Below are positions 9,050 to 17,939 of a stretch of DNA of 64,000 bases, piece by piece. Under the pieces are notes generated by a model. It ran no database searches and was not told where the DNA came from. It saw only the letters and a list, made by a program, of their open reading frames with translations. Numbering within the stretch: the stretch's first letter is position 1; every line of letters starts with the position of its first letter. The position numbers and the translations under genes are program-made. This DNA is from Acutalibacteraceae bacterium (GTDB lineage: Bacteria > Bacillota > Clostridia > Oscillospirales > Acutalibacteraceae): the NCBI GenBank assembly GCA_045591285.1, contig JAZNSP010000012.1, positions 4,718-68,717 of the forward strand, read 5' to 3'.

Positions 9050-9544
9050 GTGAAAAGAATATTTGTAACAATTTTATCCTTGATTTTTGTTTTTAGCTTT
9101 ATGTCTTGCTCCTTTGATAAAAATGATACGGAAAATAATAACGAAATAAAAAATGAGGTTGACGGTATGACATTATTGGATAGTTTGAAGAATAGTATTT
9201 CAGATGACAGCACAGTTGATGATGTTATAACTGCATTTGCCGAAATGTGTAAAACACCTGTGGAAGAAGACCTTTTGCTGTTTGAATGCGGAGTTTTCGG
9301 ATTTTCCGGTGAAAAAAACTTTTTGTTTGATATTGTAAGACAATATCCCGACGGCGAAGGTGAATATTATCAGCTTCGTGTAAGTCTGTCTTTTACACCC
9401 GATGAAGAAAACCGATCAATGTATAATACAGTGTGGTGTGATACTGCAGACGAATTAGTTGAAGAGATAATTAATTCTCCTGCGTATATTTATGCAAAAA
9501 ATCATGAGATTAAAGCTATAGATATAGGAATTTCTCAGACATAA
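9050..9544 (+). CDS. Putative lipoprotein
   Basis: GTG start. Signal peptide with a lipobox-like SFMSC (MKRIFVTILSLIFVFSFMSCSFD). Confidence 0.6.
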   Translation: MKRIFVTILSLIFVFSFMSCSFDKNDTENNNEIKNEVDGMTLLDSLKNSISDDSTVDDVITAFAEMCKTPVEEDLLLFECGVFGFSGEKNFLFDIVRQYPDGEGEYYQLRVSLSFTPDEENRSMYNTVWCDTADELVEEIINSPAYIYAKNHEIKAIDIGISQT

Positions 9545-9587
9545 CATATTGTTAAGCAGGTATATCGGTTTTTTACTTACCTAAAAA

Positions 9588-9626
9588 AAGCTTCAGACAG
9601 AAAATTTTTTGTCTGAAGCTTTTTAT
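9588..9626 (+). terminator. Rho-independent terminator
   Basis: AAGCTTCAGAC...GTCTGAAGCTT 11-bp stem followed by TTTT. Confidence 0.7.
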
Positions 9627-9775
9627 ACAAAGTAAAGTATAATTAATTATATAAAGGTCTGTATAATTATTTGCAAAAAGCTTAATTTTATGGTATAATT
9701 ACAGATAATAATTTATATTGTATCAGTATAGAAGAAACTGTTCATATTAAAAATATCTTAAACAGGAGTTTATTA

Positions 9776-11296
9776 ATGAGGCATATTTTCGCATCCATAA
9801 AAGAATCATTAGTATCGGTTTTGCCGATTGCAATTATAGTTCTTATTCTTTCAGTCACCATTGTACCTATTTCGGCAGGAGTTCTTGTTCTGTTTTTATT
9901 CGGAACGATTATGTTAATTCTCGGAATGAGCTTTTTTACTGTGGGCTCAGGAATGTCAATGGAGCCTTTAGGTGACGGTATCGGTAAGTCACTAAACAAA
10001 AAAAGCAAAATTTTTATTCCTTTGATAATTTGTTTTGTTCTCGGTTTTCTTATTACTGTTTCGGAGCCTGATTTGCAGGTTCTTGCTGAGCAGGTGCCTA
10101 CCATTCCCAATTCAATGCTTATTAACTGTGTGGGTGTAGGTGTGGGAATTTTCCTCAGTATTACGTTAATCAGAAACAGAAAAGATATTCCTTTGAGAAA
10201 ACTACTCTGGGTTTTCTATATACTTATTATCGCATTGGCATTTTTTGCTCCTGACGAATTTATTCCTACTGCCTTTGACTCAGGCGGTGTTACGACGGGA
10301 CCTATTACGGTGCCCTTTATAATGGCTCTCGGTGCAGGTCTTGCTTCAAGTAAAAAAGGTAAGCTTACAGGTGAGCACAGCTTCGGTCTTGTTGCCCTTT
10401 GCAGTATAGGACCTATACTGTCGGTGCTTTTATTAAGCATTTTCTATAAGCCGACGGCAGCAACAACAGTTTACGAAATTACTGATGTTTTTACAACGAC
10501 AGAAGCCTTCAGTCACTTTACCCATGCTTTACCCATATATGCAAAAGAAGTTGCTACGGCTTTCATTCCCATTGTGATTCTTTTTGCGGCATTCCAGCTT
10601 ATAACAAGAAGATATCATATCCACAACATTTTTAAGATGTCGGTGGGATTTGTATATACTTATATAGGTCTGGTTCTGTTCTTAACCGGTGCCAATGTAG
10701 GCTTTATGCCTGCAGGCCGTCTTATCGGTGCAAAGATTGCAGAAGGTGAACTGAGTCTTTTGCTTATTCCCATCGGTATGCTTATGGGATACTTTGTTGT
10801 ATCTGCCGAGCCTGCAGTTCATTCACTTAAAAGACAGGTCAGTGAAATTACAAAGGGTGCAATATCACAGAAGTCAGTTGCTGTTGCTCTTTCAATAGGT
10901 GTTTCTGTTTCGGTGGGAATTTCAATGCTGAGAGTTCTTACGGGTATTCCTATTTTACCGTTTTTGATTGCAGGATATTTAGTTTCTTTGGTTATCAGCT
11001 TCTTTGTTCCGAATATCTATACGGGTATTGCCTTTGACTCAGGCGGAGTTGCAAGCGGACCTATGACATCAACATTTATGCTTCCTTTTGCCATGGGTGC
11101 ATGTGAAGCAATTGGCGGTAATGTAATGACTGATGCATTCGGAATTGTTGCTATGATTGCTATGGCACCGCTTATTACAATTCAGATTCTCGGTCTTCAT
11201 GAAAGAAGCAAGCGTGCGAGAAAAATCAAGCGGCTCCATGTTGAAATCAGCATGATAGATGACGATATTTTATTCTTTGACGAGGTGAACGGATAA
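9776..11296 (+). CDS. DUF1538-family polytopic membrane protein (internally duplicated)
   Basis: 506 aa with many TM segments. The motif AFDSGGVTTGPITVPF recurs as AFDSGGVASGPMTSTF in the second half. Confidence 0.65.
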   Translation: MRHIFASIKESLVSVLPIAIIVLILSVTIVPISAGVLVLFLFGTIMLILGMSFFTVGSGMSMEPLGDGIGKSLNKKSKIFIPLIICFVLGFLITVSEPDLQVLAEQVPTIPNSMLINCVGVGVGIFLSITLIRNRKDIPLRKLLWVFYILIIALAFFAPDEFIPTAFDSGGVTTGPITVPFIMALGAGLASSKKGKLTGEHSFGLVALCSIGPILSVLLLSIFYKPTAATTVYEITDVFTTTEAFSHFTHALPIYAKEVATAFIPIVILFAAFQLITRRYHIHNIFKMSVGFVYTYIGLVLFLTGANVGFMPAGRLIGAKIAEGELSLLLIPIGMLMGYFVVSAEPAVHSLKRQVSEITKGAISQKSVAVALSIGVSVSVGISMLRVLTGIPILPFLIAGYLVSLVISFFVPNIYTGIAFDSGGVASGPMTSTFMLPFAMGACEAIGGNVMTDAFGIVAMIAMAPLITIQILGLHERSKRARKIKRLHVEISMIDDDILFFDEVNG

Positions 11297-11965
11297 ATGG
11301 ACAAAAAAGTTATGATGCTTTTATCAATTGTTGAACGTGATAAGGGCAATAAGCTTGTTAAAGAATTAAAAAAATCGGATATAAGAGTAAATTTTCAGAC
11401 TGTCGGCTTTGGTACCGCACCTACTGAAATGATGGATATATTCGGACTCGGCACAAACGATAAGGACATTGTAATAAGTCTTGGTGCAGAAGTTAAGGTC
11501 AAGGAAATGATGTCCAATTTCGGAACAACCTTTGAAAGCCACTCAAAATACGGCGGTCTTATGATAATTCTTGATTTGGCAGCCGCAGGCAGAATTCTTA
11601 CGGAGATTTTACATTTTGAGATTATTAAAAATACTGAAGAGGGTAAAGATAATATGAAAAATGAGCATCACAATAATCTTATTGTCATATCAGTAAACGA
11701 AGGTTATTCCGATAACGTTATGCAGGTTGCAAGAAAAGCGGGAGCAACGGGCGGAACGTTTATCAAGGGCAGACTTGCCGATACTGAGCAGTTTTCTGAG
11801 CTTCAGGGTGTTAAGGCAGATGAAGACCGTGAAATTCTTCTTATTCTTGCACCTCTTGCGGCAAGCAGGCAGATTATGGCAGACGTAAATAAGGAATTCG
11901 GACTTACCTCTCAGGCAAACGGAATTGTATTTGCAATTCCCACAGAAAAAGCATATAAAATATAA
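11297..11965 (+). CDS. Tandem P-II-like signal-transduction protein
   Basis: ATG follows the upstream stop directly (TAAATG). Two ~100-aa halves show a P-II-like pattern. The pairing with a DUF1538 gene is a recognised arrangement. Confidence 0.5.
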   Translation: MDKKVMMLLSIVERDKGNKLVKELKKSDIRVNFQTVGFGTAPTEMMDIFGLGTNDKDIVISLGAEVKVKEMMSNFGTTFESHSKYGGLMIILDLAAAGRILTEILHFEIIKNTEEGKDNMKNEHHNNLIVISVNEGYSDNVMQVARKAGATGGTFIKGRLADTEQFSELQGVKADEDREILLILAPLAASRQIMADVNKEFGLTSQANGIVFAIPTEKAYKI

Positions 11966-11970
11966 CAAAA

Positions 11971-12021
11971 CCCCCGACGGCAGCTGAAAATTTTATCAGA
12001 TGCAGTCGGGGAAGTTTTTTT
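11971..12021. terminator. Terminator hairpin between convergent genes
   Basis: CCCCGAC...GTCGGGG stem followed by a T7 run. Confidence 0.55.
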
Positions 12022-12037
12022 CAAAGGCAGAAAATTT

Positions 12038-12453
12038 TTATTTTATATTATATCTGTTGCAGTAATTAACAACTATATTCTTAAAATGCTCGTGTCTGAA
12101 ATTGTTTTTTACGTCGCTTACGTCAATATAGAAGCCTGACATCAGATTTTGAATTATGGCTTCCGCTAAGAAGGCTTCAAATATATAGTCATCAGAGAAG
12201 GCTTCTTCAATATCTGTGTTAAGGTCAGTATTTATTCCCTTGATTGCCGCACGGTAAATCAGGTTTTCCTTACCTAAAAATTCACCTGCATTTTTAAGAC
12301 AGACTAAGCCCTTTTTTATATCCGAAACGGTTATTTTCCCTTTGTATTCTACGGTCTTTTCGTTTCCCGTTAAAATAAAATCTATTGTTGTTTCAAAAAT
12401 TTTTGCAAGGTTGGGAAGAAGGGTGATGTCGGGTAAGGCTTCTCCCGTTTCCC
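12038..12453 (-). pseudogene. 3' fragment (137 codons) of an XRE-family gene split by the mobile element
   Basis: Translates ...ETGEALPDITLLPNLAKIFETTIDFILTGNEKTVEYKGKITVSDIKKGL...NFRHEHFKNIVVNYCNRYNIK*, collinear with residues ~40-175 of the paralogue 32434-32961. There is no start codon, and homology ends at 12453. Confidence 0.85.
12443..12453. repeat. attL junction core (TCCC-G-TTTCCC)
   Basis: Imperfect direct repeat of 28583-28594. Host homology ends here, and the element arm GTACTTAAAGAT follows. Confidence 0.7.
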
Positions 12454-12520
12454 GTACTTAAAGATATTGGTTATGTATGAGTGCCTACGCCTACTTGCAT
12501 AGGCACTCATATCTTTGTTT

Positions 12521-13430
12521 TTACTCAATTTTGCCGATTAAGCGGTAGTAGATGTCAATATTTTGCTCACGCATACCGTCCACGGTGGTTGCTTCGTGAA
12601 TAACGATCTTTTCAATCAGCGTATTCAGAAGCTCCGCTGTCAGTTCGGTGGGGTTGGTATACTGTTTGAGAAGTGAAATCCAAGTCTCCGCATCGACAGT
12701 TGTTTGCTTTTCAGATTCAAGCTCGGCAGACAGCCTTTCAATCTTCTCGGTAAGCTCCTGCTGCTCGGTCTGATATTTCTGAGACATCATGTTGAAGTTG
12801 TACTCCGTGATACGACCATCCGACCAGTCCTCATACAGCTTCGCAAACTTGCGGTCAACCTCAGTTCTGCGCTTTTCGGCTCTTGTAAGCTCTGCGCTCT
12901 GCCTTTTGGCATTGGCGGCAAGCTCCTGTTCGCTTCCTTTCAGCAGCCGATGCAGAAGTTCCTTTTCATCCAACTGCGCCTGTCTCCACAACTCCTGTAT
13001 TCTTGTCAGAACATAGTGGTAGAGGTAGTCATATCGGATGTAGTGGGCAGAACATTGTTTCACCCCCTGTCCGTATTGACTGCAAGTGTAATGGCTGTAA
13101 GGCTTGCTGTTCTGTCTGTTCGTACCGAAGCGCATCGACCATCCGCAGTCCACACACTTCACCAGACCGGAGAAGATCTGCGTGGTAGCGTCCTTTTGCT
13201 GTCTGCGGCGGCTGGCGATCTGTTCCTGCACCTGTTCAAAGACTTTCTTGGAGATAATGGCTTCGTGGGTGTTCTCCACTCGGAACCATTCCTCCTGCGG
13301 CTTGCGTATCTTTTTCTTGTTCTTGTAGGAAATGTTTGTCTGTTTGTTGTGTACGCTGTTGCCGATATAGGTTTCGTCTTTTAAGATGCTCTTGACCTGT
13401 GCCAGCGTCCATGCGTAGGACTTTTCTTCC
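12521..13430 (-). pseudogene. Large serine recombinase, C-terminal part (recombinase domain, zinc ribbon, coiled coil), separated by the IS
   Basis: The frame is open up to 13430 and reads EEKSYAWTLAQVKSILKDETYIGNSVHNKQ...VKCVDCGWSMRF...CSAHYIRYDYL... plus a coiled coil. Confidence 0.85.
13426..13430. repeat. Target-site duplication CTTCC (left)
   Basis: Identical 5-mer at 14946-14950, flanking the IS ends. Confidence 0.75.
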
Positions 13431-14945
13431 TGTCAAGGGGGACATGGTTTACAGATTGTCCGAGCACATGGTTTACAACTTTCGTACAAAAAGTTGTTCC
13501 TAGATTTGGAGCCTGAGGTAAGGAAGCCACACCCTTTAGGGTGCTTGCTCTTGATAGGTTCTGAAAGAAATGCAACACTATTTTCCCGATGACGAAACAG
13601 AATTTTTAGTTCCTGAGTTCTTCGCCATCGGTAATTGTTAATTGCATTTCTTTCACGGTTCTGTCAAGAGTGGCGGCTCTTTTCTTGGATCTCCTGTTAT
13701 CAGGTATGCCCTTTTGAATTCATAAGCCCGTTTGTCGAGATTTAATTTTCCGATAATAAATTGCCTGTAATAAAGATTGATACATCCGTTTGTTGATGAT
13801 TCTCTGATTGCAATTTCTTTCCCGGCGAAGGCTTCGCTTAAGTAGTACGAACGTCCTTTATATGAAAAATATCCTGTCGATTTTACTTTATGGGGGGTAC
13901 AATTTTCAGGATATTCCCATTTGCGGATTTTGGTGCTATATTCGGTATTGCTTTTTATGTAATGCTTTGACGGTGTATCTAAATTCAATGAATGATGTGG
14001 TCTTTTGTTATTGAAAAAATCACGGTATTCATTGAATTTGCGTTCTGCATCAGTAAAATCATCAATCTTTGTGTATTTCAATAATTCTCTTTTCATTGAA
14101 CCGTTAAAACTTTCTTCTTTCCCCTGTGTCTGTGGGTGAAGTATTCTTCCGTGTAATGTCAGTATTCCCAAATCCATAAACCATACTTCAAACATGGAAT
14201 AGCCAAGACCTTGTGATGATCCCCAAGGGTGACCGTTATCACACAAAAACGAAAATGGTAAGCCAAATTCATAAAAGATGTCTTCCATAACAGGTTTTAC
14301 TGTTGCAAATCTGACATTCGGCAATGGTCTGCAACATAAATTAAATCTTGTGCAGTCATCCAAAATATTCAAAGGAAAGCATCTTTGTTTGTTTTGCAGC
14401 AGAAAATCACCTTTGAAATCAGCTTGCCACATCTCATTCGGGTAAGCTTTTTGAAACCGCTTATATGGTGTGGCAGCAAGGCTTGCTTCTCTGGTAATCA
14501 AACCGTTTCTTTTGAAAATTTCATTGATTGTGCTTGAGCAAGGAATATTCACATATCCTTCATCCTGTAACATACGATGAATTTTTACGGCACCGATAGC
14601 AGGATATTTTTTGCGGTAGTCCACAATGAAATGTTCCATTTCTACAGAAGTCTTGTTTGCGGTTTTGAACGGAGCTCTGCTTTTGTCCGACAAATCATCT
14701 TCTTGCAAAAATCGCTTTATCCATTTATCTCCTGTCGGACGGCTTATTCCATATTCTCGACACAATTCAGATTTGCTTTTTTCTTTGGATAACACTCGTT
14801 TTACAAATTCTTCTCGCATTTGTTCTACACTCTTTTCTTTCCAAGGCATACACATCTCCCTCTCGATGTTTTTTGCCTTTATTTTATCAAAAAAGTGTAA
14901 ACTATGTCCTCGGACATTTTGTAAACTATGTTATCACACTACACA
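13431..14945 (-). mobile_element. IS481-family-like insertion sequence (1515 bp)
   Basis: Ends are TGT...ACA. Imperfect ~36-bp terminal inverted repeats: ACATGGTTTACAGATTGTCCGAGCACATGGTTTACA versus the reverse complement ACATAGTTTACAAAATGTCCGAGGACATAGTTTACA. Single transposase ORF. G+C is lower than the surrounding element. Confidence 0.85.
13653..14855 (-). CDS. DDE transposase (HTH + rve integrase core), IS481-like
   Basis: 400 aa. N-terminal HTH (ELCREYGISRPTGDKWIKRF) and an rve core (MWQADFKGD..., LCDNGHPW, ...QGKEESFNGSMKRE). Confidence 0.85.
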   Translation of the reverse strand: MCMPWKEKSVEQMREEFVKRVLSKEKSKSELCREYGISRPTGDKWIKRFLQEDDLSDKSRAPFKTANKTSVEMEHFIVDYRKKYPAIGAVKIHRMLQDEGYVNIPCSSTINEIFKRNGLITREASLAATPYKRFQKAYPNEMWQADFKGDFLLQNKQRCFPLNILDDCTRFNLCCRPLPNVRFATVKPVMEDIFYEFGLPFSFLCDNGHPWGSSQGLGYSMFEVWFMDLGILTLHGRILHPQTQGKEESFNGSMKRELLKYTKIDDFTDAERKFNEYRDFFNNKRPHHSLNLDTPSKHYIKSNTEYSTKIRKWEYPENCTPHKVKSTGYFSYKGRSYYLSEAFAGKEIAIRESSTNGCINLYYRQFIIGKLNLDKRAYEFKRAYLITGDPRKEPPLLTEP

Positions 14946-15645
14946 CTTCCGGCTGTCCTTCGTAGATATGAGCAAATGTCCCATATCGCTGATAGTTCAG
15001 CCATCCGGCGGTAGGAACGTGTTCATCTACCAATACTCTTGCGATCTTGGCAGCACCCGCCCCATGATAGGCAAGGTCAAAGATTTTCTCGATAATCCAG
15101 CGTGTCTCCACATCAATCACAATGGCGTTCTTGATTTCGGGATGTCGGACATACCCAAGGGGCGCATAGGCAAAGGTGCGTTCTCCTGCGGCAAACTTTG
15201 CATGAAGTGCGGTCTTGACCTTGCGGCTGGTGTCCTTGGCAAACCATTCGTTGAACAGATTCTTGAAAGGAACGAAATCGGACAAGCCTTTCTTGGTGTC
15301 CTCGTTCTCGGATACGGCGATATATCGCACTTGCTTCTCCGGGAACTCGTATTCCAGATAGTAGCCGACCATGATGTGGTCACGTCCGAAGCGGCTGAGG
15401 TCTTTGGTCACGATGCAGTTTACTCGTCCTGCATCTACATCTGCCATCATTCGCTTGAAATTGGGTCTTTCAAACGTAGTGCCACTCCATCCGTCGTCGA
15501 TGTACTCGCCAACCACATGAAGCTCCTGTTCCTTTGCGAACTGCTGTAAAATGGTACGCTGGGTCTCGATGGAAACGCTGTCGCCATAATTCTCGTCATC
15601 ACGACTCAGTCTCATATATAGTGCTGTATTGTACGGTTGTTTCAT
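14946..15645 (-). pseudogene. Large serine recombinase, N-terminal catalytic part, separated by the IS
   Basis: ALYMRLSRDDENYGDSVSIETQ (catalytic Ser motif) ...VTKDLSRFGRD... The authentic sequence ends ...AHIYEGQPE and then reads into the IS. Removing the IS and one TSD copy gives a 1605-nt, 534-aa ORF. Confidence 0.85.
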
Positions 15646-15670
15646 TAAAAATCCTCCTGTTCGTGAAACA

Positions 15671-15719
15671 ACCCACGCTTACAATACTTTCCTATGATAC
15701 ATTATACCATAAGCGTGGG
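15671..15719. promoter_or_regulatory. Inverted repeat CCCACGCTTA/TAAGCGTGGG overlapping the recombinase promoter region
   Basis: Arms at 15672-15681 and 15710-15719. On the minus strand, TGGTATAAT (extended -10) lies between them, upstream of the recombinase RBS. The 19-mer at 15671-15689 recurs at 28534-28552 on the minus strand. Confidence 0.45.
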
Positions 15720-15758
15720 CTGTGATTCAATTCGATTCTGTGAACAATTTTCTGAATT

Positions 15759-16052
15759 TTATGCGGACACGGTATTTCCTGCGGCGAAGCGGACAAGGTT
15801 TAGAATTAGCTCGTCCATGGTCTGTCCGTCGGGCGAGAAGAACTCCGTTACCTTGGTGCGGGTATTGCCGTTATAGTAGTAAAGCGTACCGTCAAGCTCG
15901 GTTCCGTAATAACCTCGTTCCTTGTTTGCGATAAATCGTTCCTCCCATTCTTTTTCCCACTTTTTGATTACCGCTGCAGGTGGATCAAAGATCATATCAA
16001 AACAGGCGCAAAGGTCGATGGGTTCGTATGCGGTGGTGATTTCGTTGATCAT
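15759..16052 (-). CDS. Hypothetical small protein (element backbone)
   Basis: 97-aa ORF in the same orientation and composition as its neighbours, 11 nt downstream of the relaxase stop. No domain recognised. Confidence 0.5.
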   Translation of the reverse strand: MINEITTAYEPIDLCACFDMIFDPPAAVIKKWEKEWEERFIANKERGYYGTELDGTLYYYNGNTRTKVTEFFSPDGQTMDELILNLVRFAAGNTVSA

Positions 16053-16063
16053 TCAATTCTTCC

Positions 16064-17548
16064 TTATCGTTCATTCTGATGGTGACGGTTTTTGTTCTGT
16101 TCCGAAAGCTGCTGTCTTTCGTTGTCGGCACTTCTGACCGCCAGCGTGACTTGACGCAGATTGCGTACATCATCACGCAGAGCTTCCATTTCTGTTTGCA
16201 TGGAGGCGTACTCAGCTTCCAATGCGGCAGCGTCTTTTCTCCATTTTGTCAGCGGCAGCTTGCCGTCATGGAAATGCGGTTTCAGCTTGCGCTCGGCGGC
16301 GTAATATTTGCGAAGCTCGCTTTCGTGTTCTTCCTTAAATTTGTCTTTTTTACCCTTGAACTTGATGCGATACCATTCATCGTAAATGGGTTTGGTATCG
16401 GCATAATTCTGTGCCTGCCGCAGAAGCTCGGCTGTCTCTTTCATCTTGGCTTCAACGGCTTTGCAGGCGGCAGATCGTGCGTCCAACTTCTCCTGCTGTG
16501 CAGATACCCTTGCTTCCAGATCGGCAACGGTACGCAGATTGTTCTCGCTGATATAATTCACAAGCTGGCTCATGTTTTTGAGATTCCCCACCTTGCCATA
16601 GACGCTCCATGCACCGGCGTTGCGCTTGCTGTAGTAATCGGTGATGATCTCTGCAAGGGTGGATTCCTTCGGTGCTTTCAGCTCACGGTTGATCTCACGG
16701 ATGGCGGCGAACAGTTCACTCAGCATGGCAGCGATATTCTTTCTCATGCTGTTGATGCGGCGAATCCATCGGTTCATATCGCCCTTGTCGGTGCGGATGC
16801 CTTTTGCTTCCATGGCTCGGACGGTCACGCCCTCATGGACGGTGGGAACTTGGTCGATACCCTGTCGCTCATAGCTGCGGTGGTCGATCCGGCAGCTCAA
16901 GTCCTTTTCCTCAAACTTCTGATTGCACAGATCAGCCCATGCTTGCCGCCAATGCTCTAAGGTGTCGGGACTGCCCCAGTCGGTGGTAGGGACGGCATTG
17001 AATACATAGTTTCCTGCTTCGTCCCGGATGCGCTCACCGTTTTCGTCAAGAAGATATTCTCGCCGCTGCTTGTTGCCCCATCTGCCGTGTTCGTCCAGAG
17101 GACGGATGGGACACATGACATGGAAATGGGGATTGGAAATGCCGCCGTCCTCCTTGTCGGGTGCGTGAACGGCAAAGTCCACCACCATGCCACGGCTCAC
17201 AAACTGCTCCAATAAAAATTGCCTTGCAAGTTCGATGTTCTCCTGCATGGAAAACTCGTTCTGCAAAGCAATGTCGAAGCTGTATGCAAGCTGCGCTTTC
17301 TTACCTCGTTCCGCTTTCTCCACTTCGTTCCATAAGGTTTCCCGATCAGAGAAAGAGGGTGGGGCATGGGGTGGCAGCAGGATTTCCGAACAGATCACGC
17401 CGCCCTTTTTGGTGTAGTCGCTGTCCTCACCGTAGTATTCGCTGTGCAGCTTTTCGCCGGAGCGATAGGCGGCAGATGCAATGGCGGATTGTCCTGCGCT
17501 GCGCTTGATTTGTGTCACATGGAAATGATATAGTGCGATACTCAACAC
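16064..17548 (-). CDS. MobA/MobL-family (MOBQ-type) relaxase
   Basis: The N-terminus YHFHVTQIKRSAGQSAIASAAYRSGEKL carries the catalytic Tyr region. HAPDKEDGGISNPHFHVM is the His-rich metal motif. Long coiled-coil C-terminus. GTG start overlaps the upstream gene's stop. Confidence 0.9.
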   Translation of the reverse strand: MLSIALYHFHVTQIKRSAGQSAIASAAYRSGEKLHSEYYGEDSDYTKKGGVICSEILLPPHAPPSFSDRETLWNEVEKAERGKKAQLAYSFDIALQNEFSMQENIELARQFLLEQFVSRGMVVDFAVHAPDKEDGGISNPHFHVMCPIRPLDEHGRWGNKQRREYLLDENGERIRDEAGNYVFNAVPTTDWGSPDTLEHWRQAWADLCNQKFEEKDLSCRIDHRSYERQGIDQVPTVHEGVTVRAMEAKGIRTDKGDMNRWIRRINSMRKNIAAMLSELFAAIREINRELKAPKESTLAEIITDYYSKRNAGAWSVYGKVGNLKNMSQLVNYISENNLRTVADLEARVSAQQEKLDARSAACKAVEAKMKETAELLRQAQNYADTKPIYDEWYRIKFKGKKDKFKEEHESELRKYYAAERKLKPHFHDGKLPLTKWRKDAAALEAEYASMQTEMEALRDDVRNLRQVTLAVRSADNERQQLSEQNKNRHHQNER

Positions 17549-17859
17549 CTCTCTTTCTGTTCTGCCCGGTTGTGTTCGTTGACCGCTTCCATAAGCAACC
17601 CCTTGACCTCCGGGACGGCAAGAGCTTTTTCTGTAAAAGCATAAAACTCGGTTTCGGTCAAAACCTTTGTCAGCGGTGCGATACTTTCAATGGCTGCGCC
17701 ACGGGTGATAAGGTGGTGTGCCCGCTTGCGCCGATCTCCTTTTTCATAGTAGGTGATACGGTTCTCAATCTGCTGTTTTTTGTGTTGGAGCTGTGAGAGC
17801 TTGCGTTCATTTTCCGCTTTCTCGGCTTCCAGTTCGGGGATGGTTTTCTGTTTTGCCAT
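17542..17859 (-). CDS. DUF3847-like relaxosome accessory protein (MobC-like position)
   Basis: 105 aa, coiled-coil N-terminus, immediately upstream of and overlapping the relaxase gene. Confidence 0.65.
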   Translation of the reverse strand: MAKQKTIPELEAEKAENERKLSQLQHKKQQIENRITYYEKGDRRKRAHHLITRGAAIESIAPLTKVLTETEFYAFTEKALAVPEVKGLLMEAVNEHNRAEQKERC

Positions 17860-17890
17860 AGTGCATGACCTCCTTTTTGATATGGGGATA

Positions 17891-17926
17891 TAAAAAGACC
17901 GCCTACCGAAATTTGGTAAACGGTCT
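17891..17926 (-). terminator. Rho-independent terminator of the protease gene
   Basis: The minus strand reads AGACCGTTTACC-aaatttc-GGTAGGCGGTCT followed by TTTTT. Confidence 0.6.
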
Positions 17927-17939
17927 ATGTAAGGAATCT

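Noticed and set aside
8413-9213. Minus-strand ORFs 8413-8601, 8637-8954 and 8941-9213.
   Set aside because: They lie in an AT-rich region antisense to, or overlapping, plus-strand genes that have signal/TM features and coupled starts. They have no RBS.
12704-13384. 226-aa plus-strand ORF, and similar long antisense ORFs at 14626-15549, 16079-16960, 23191-23907 and 26566-27222.
   Set aside because: Each lies antisense to a gene with clear family motifs (recombinase, relaxase, SPFH, sigma-like) in the GC-richer element. They have no RBS and low-complexity Leu/Ser/Arg-rich translations, which is typical of shadow ORFs.
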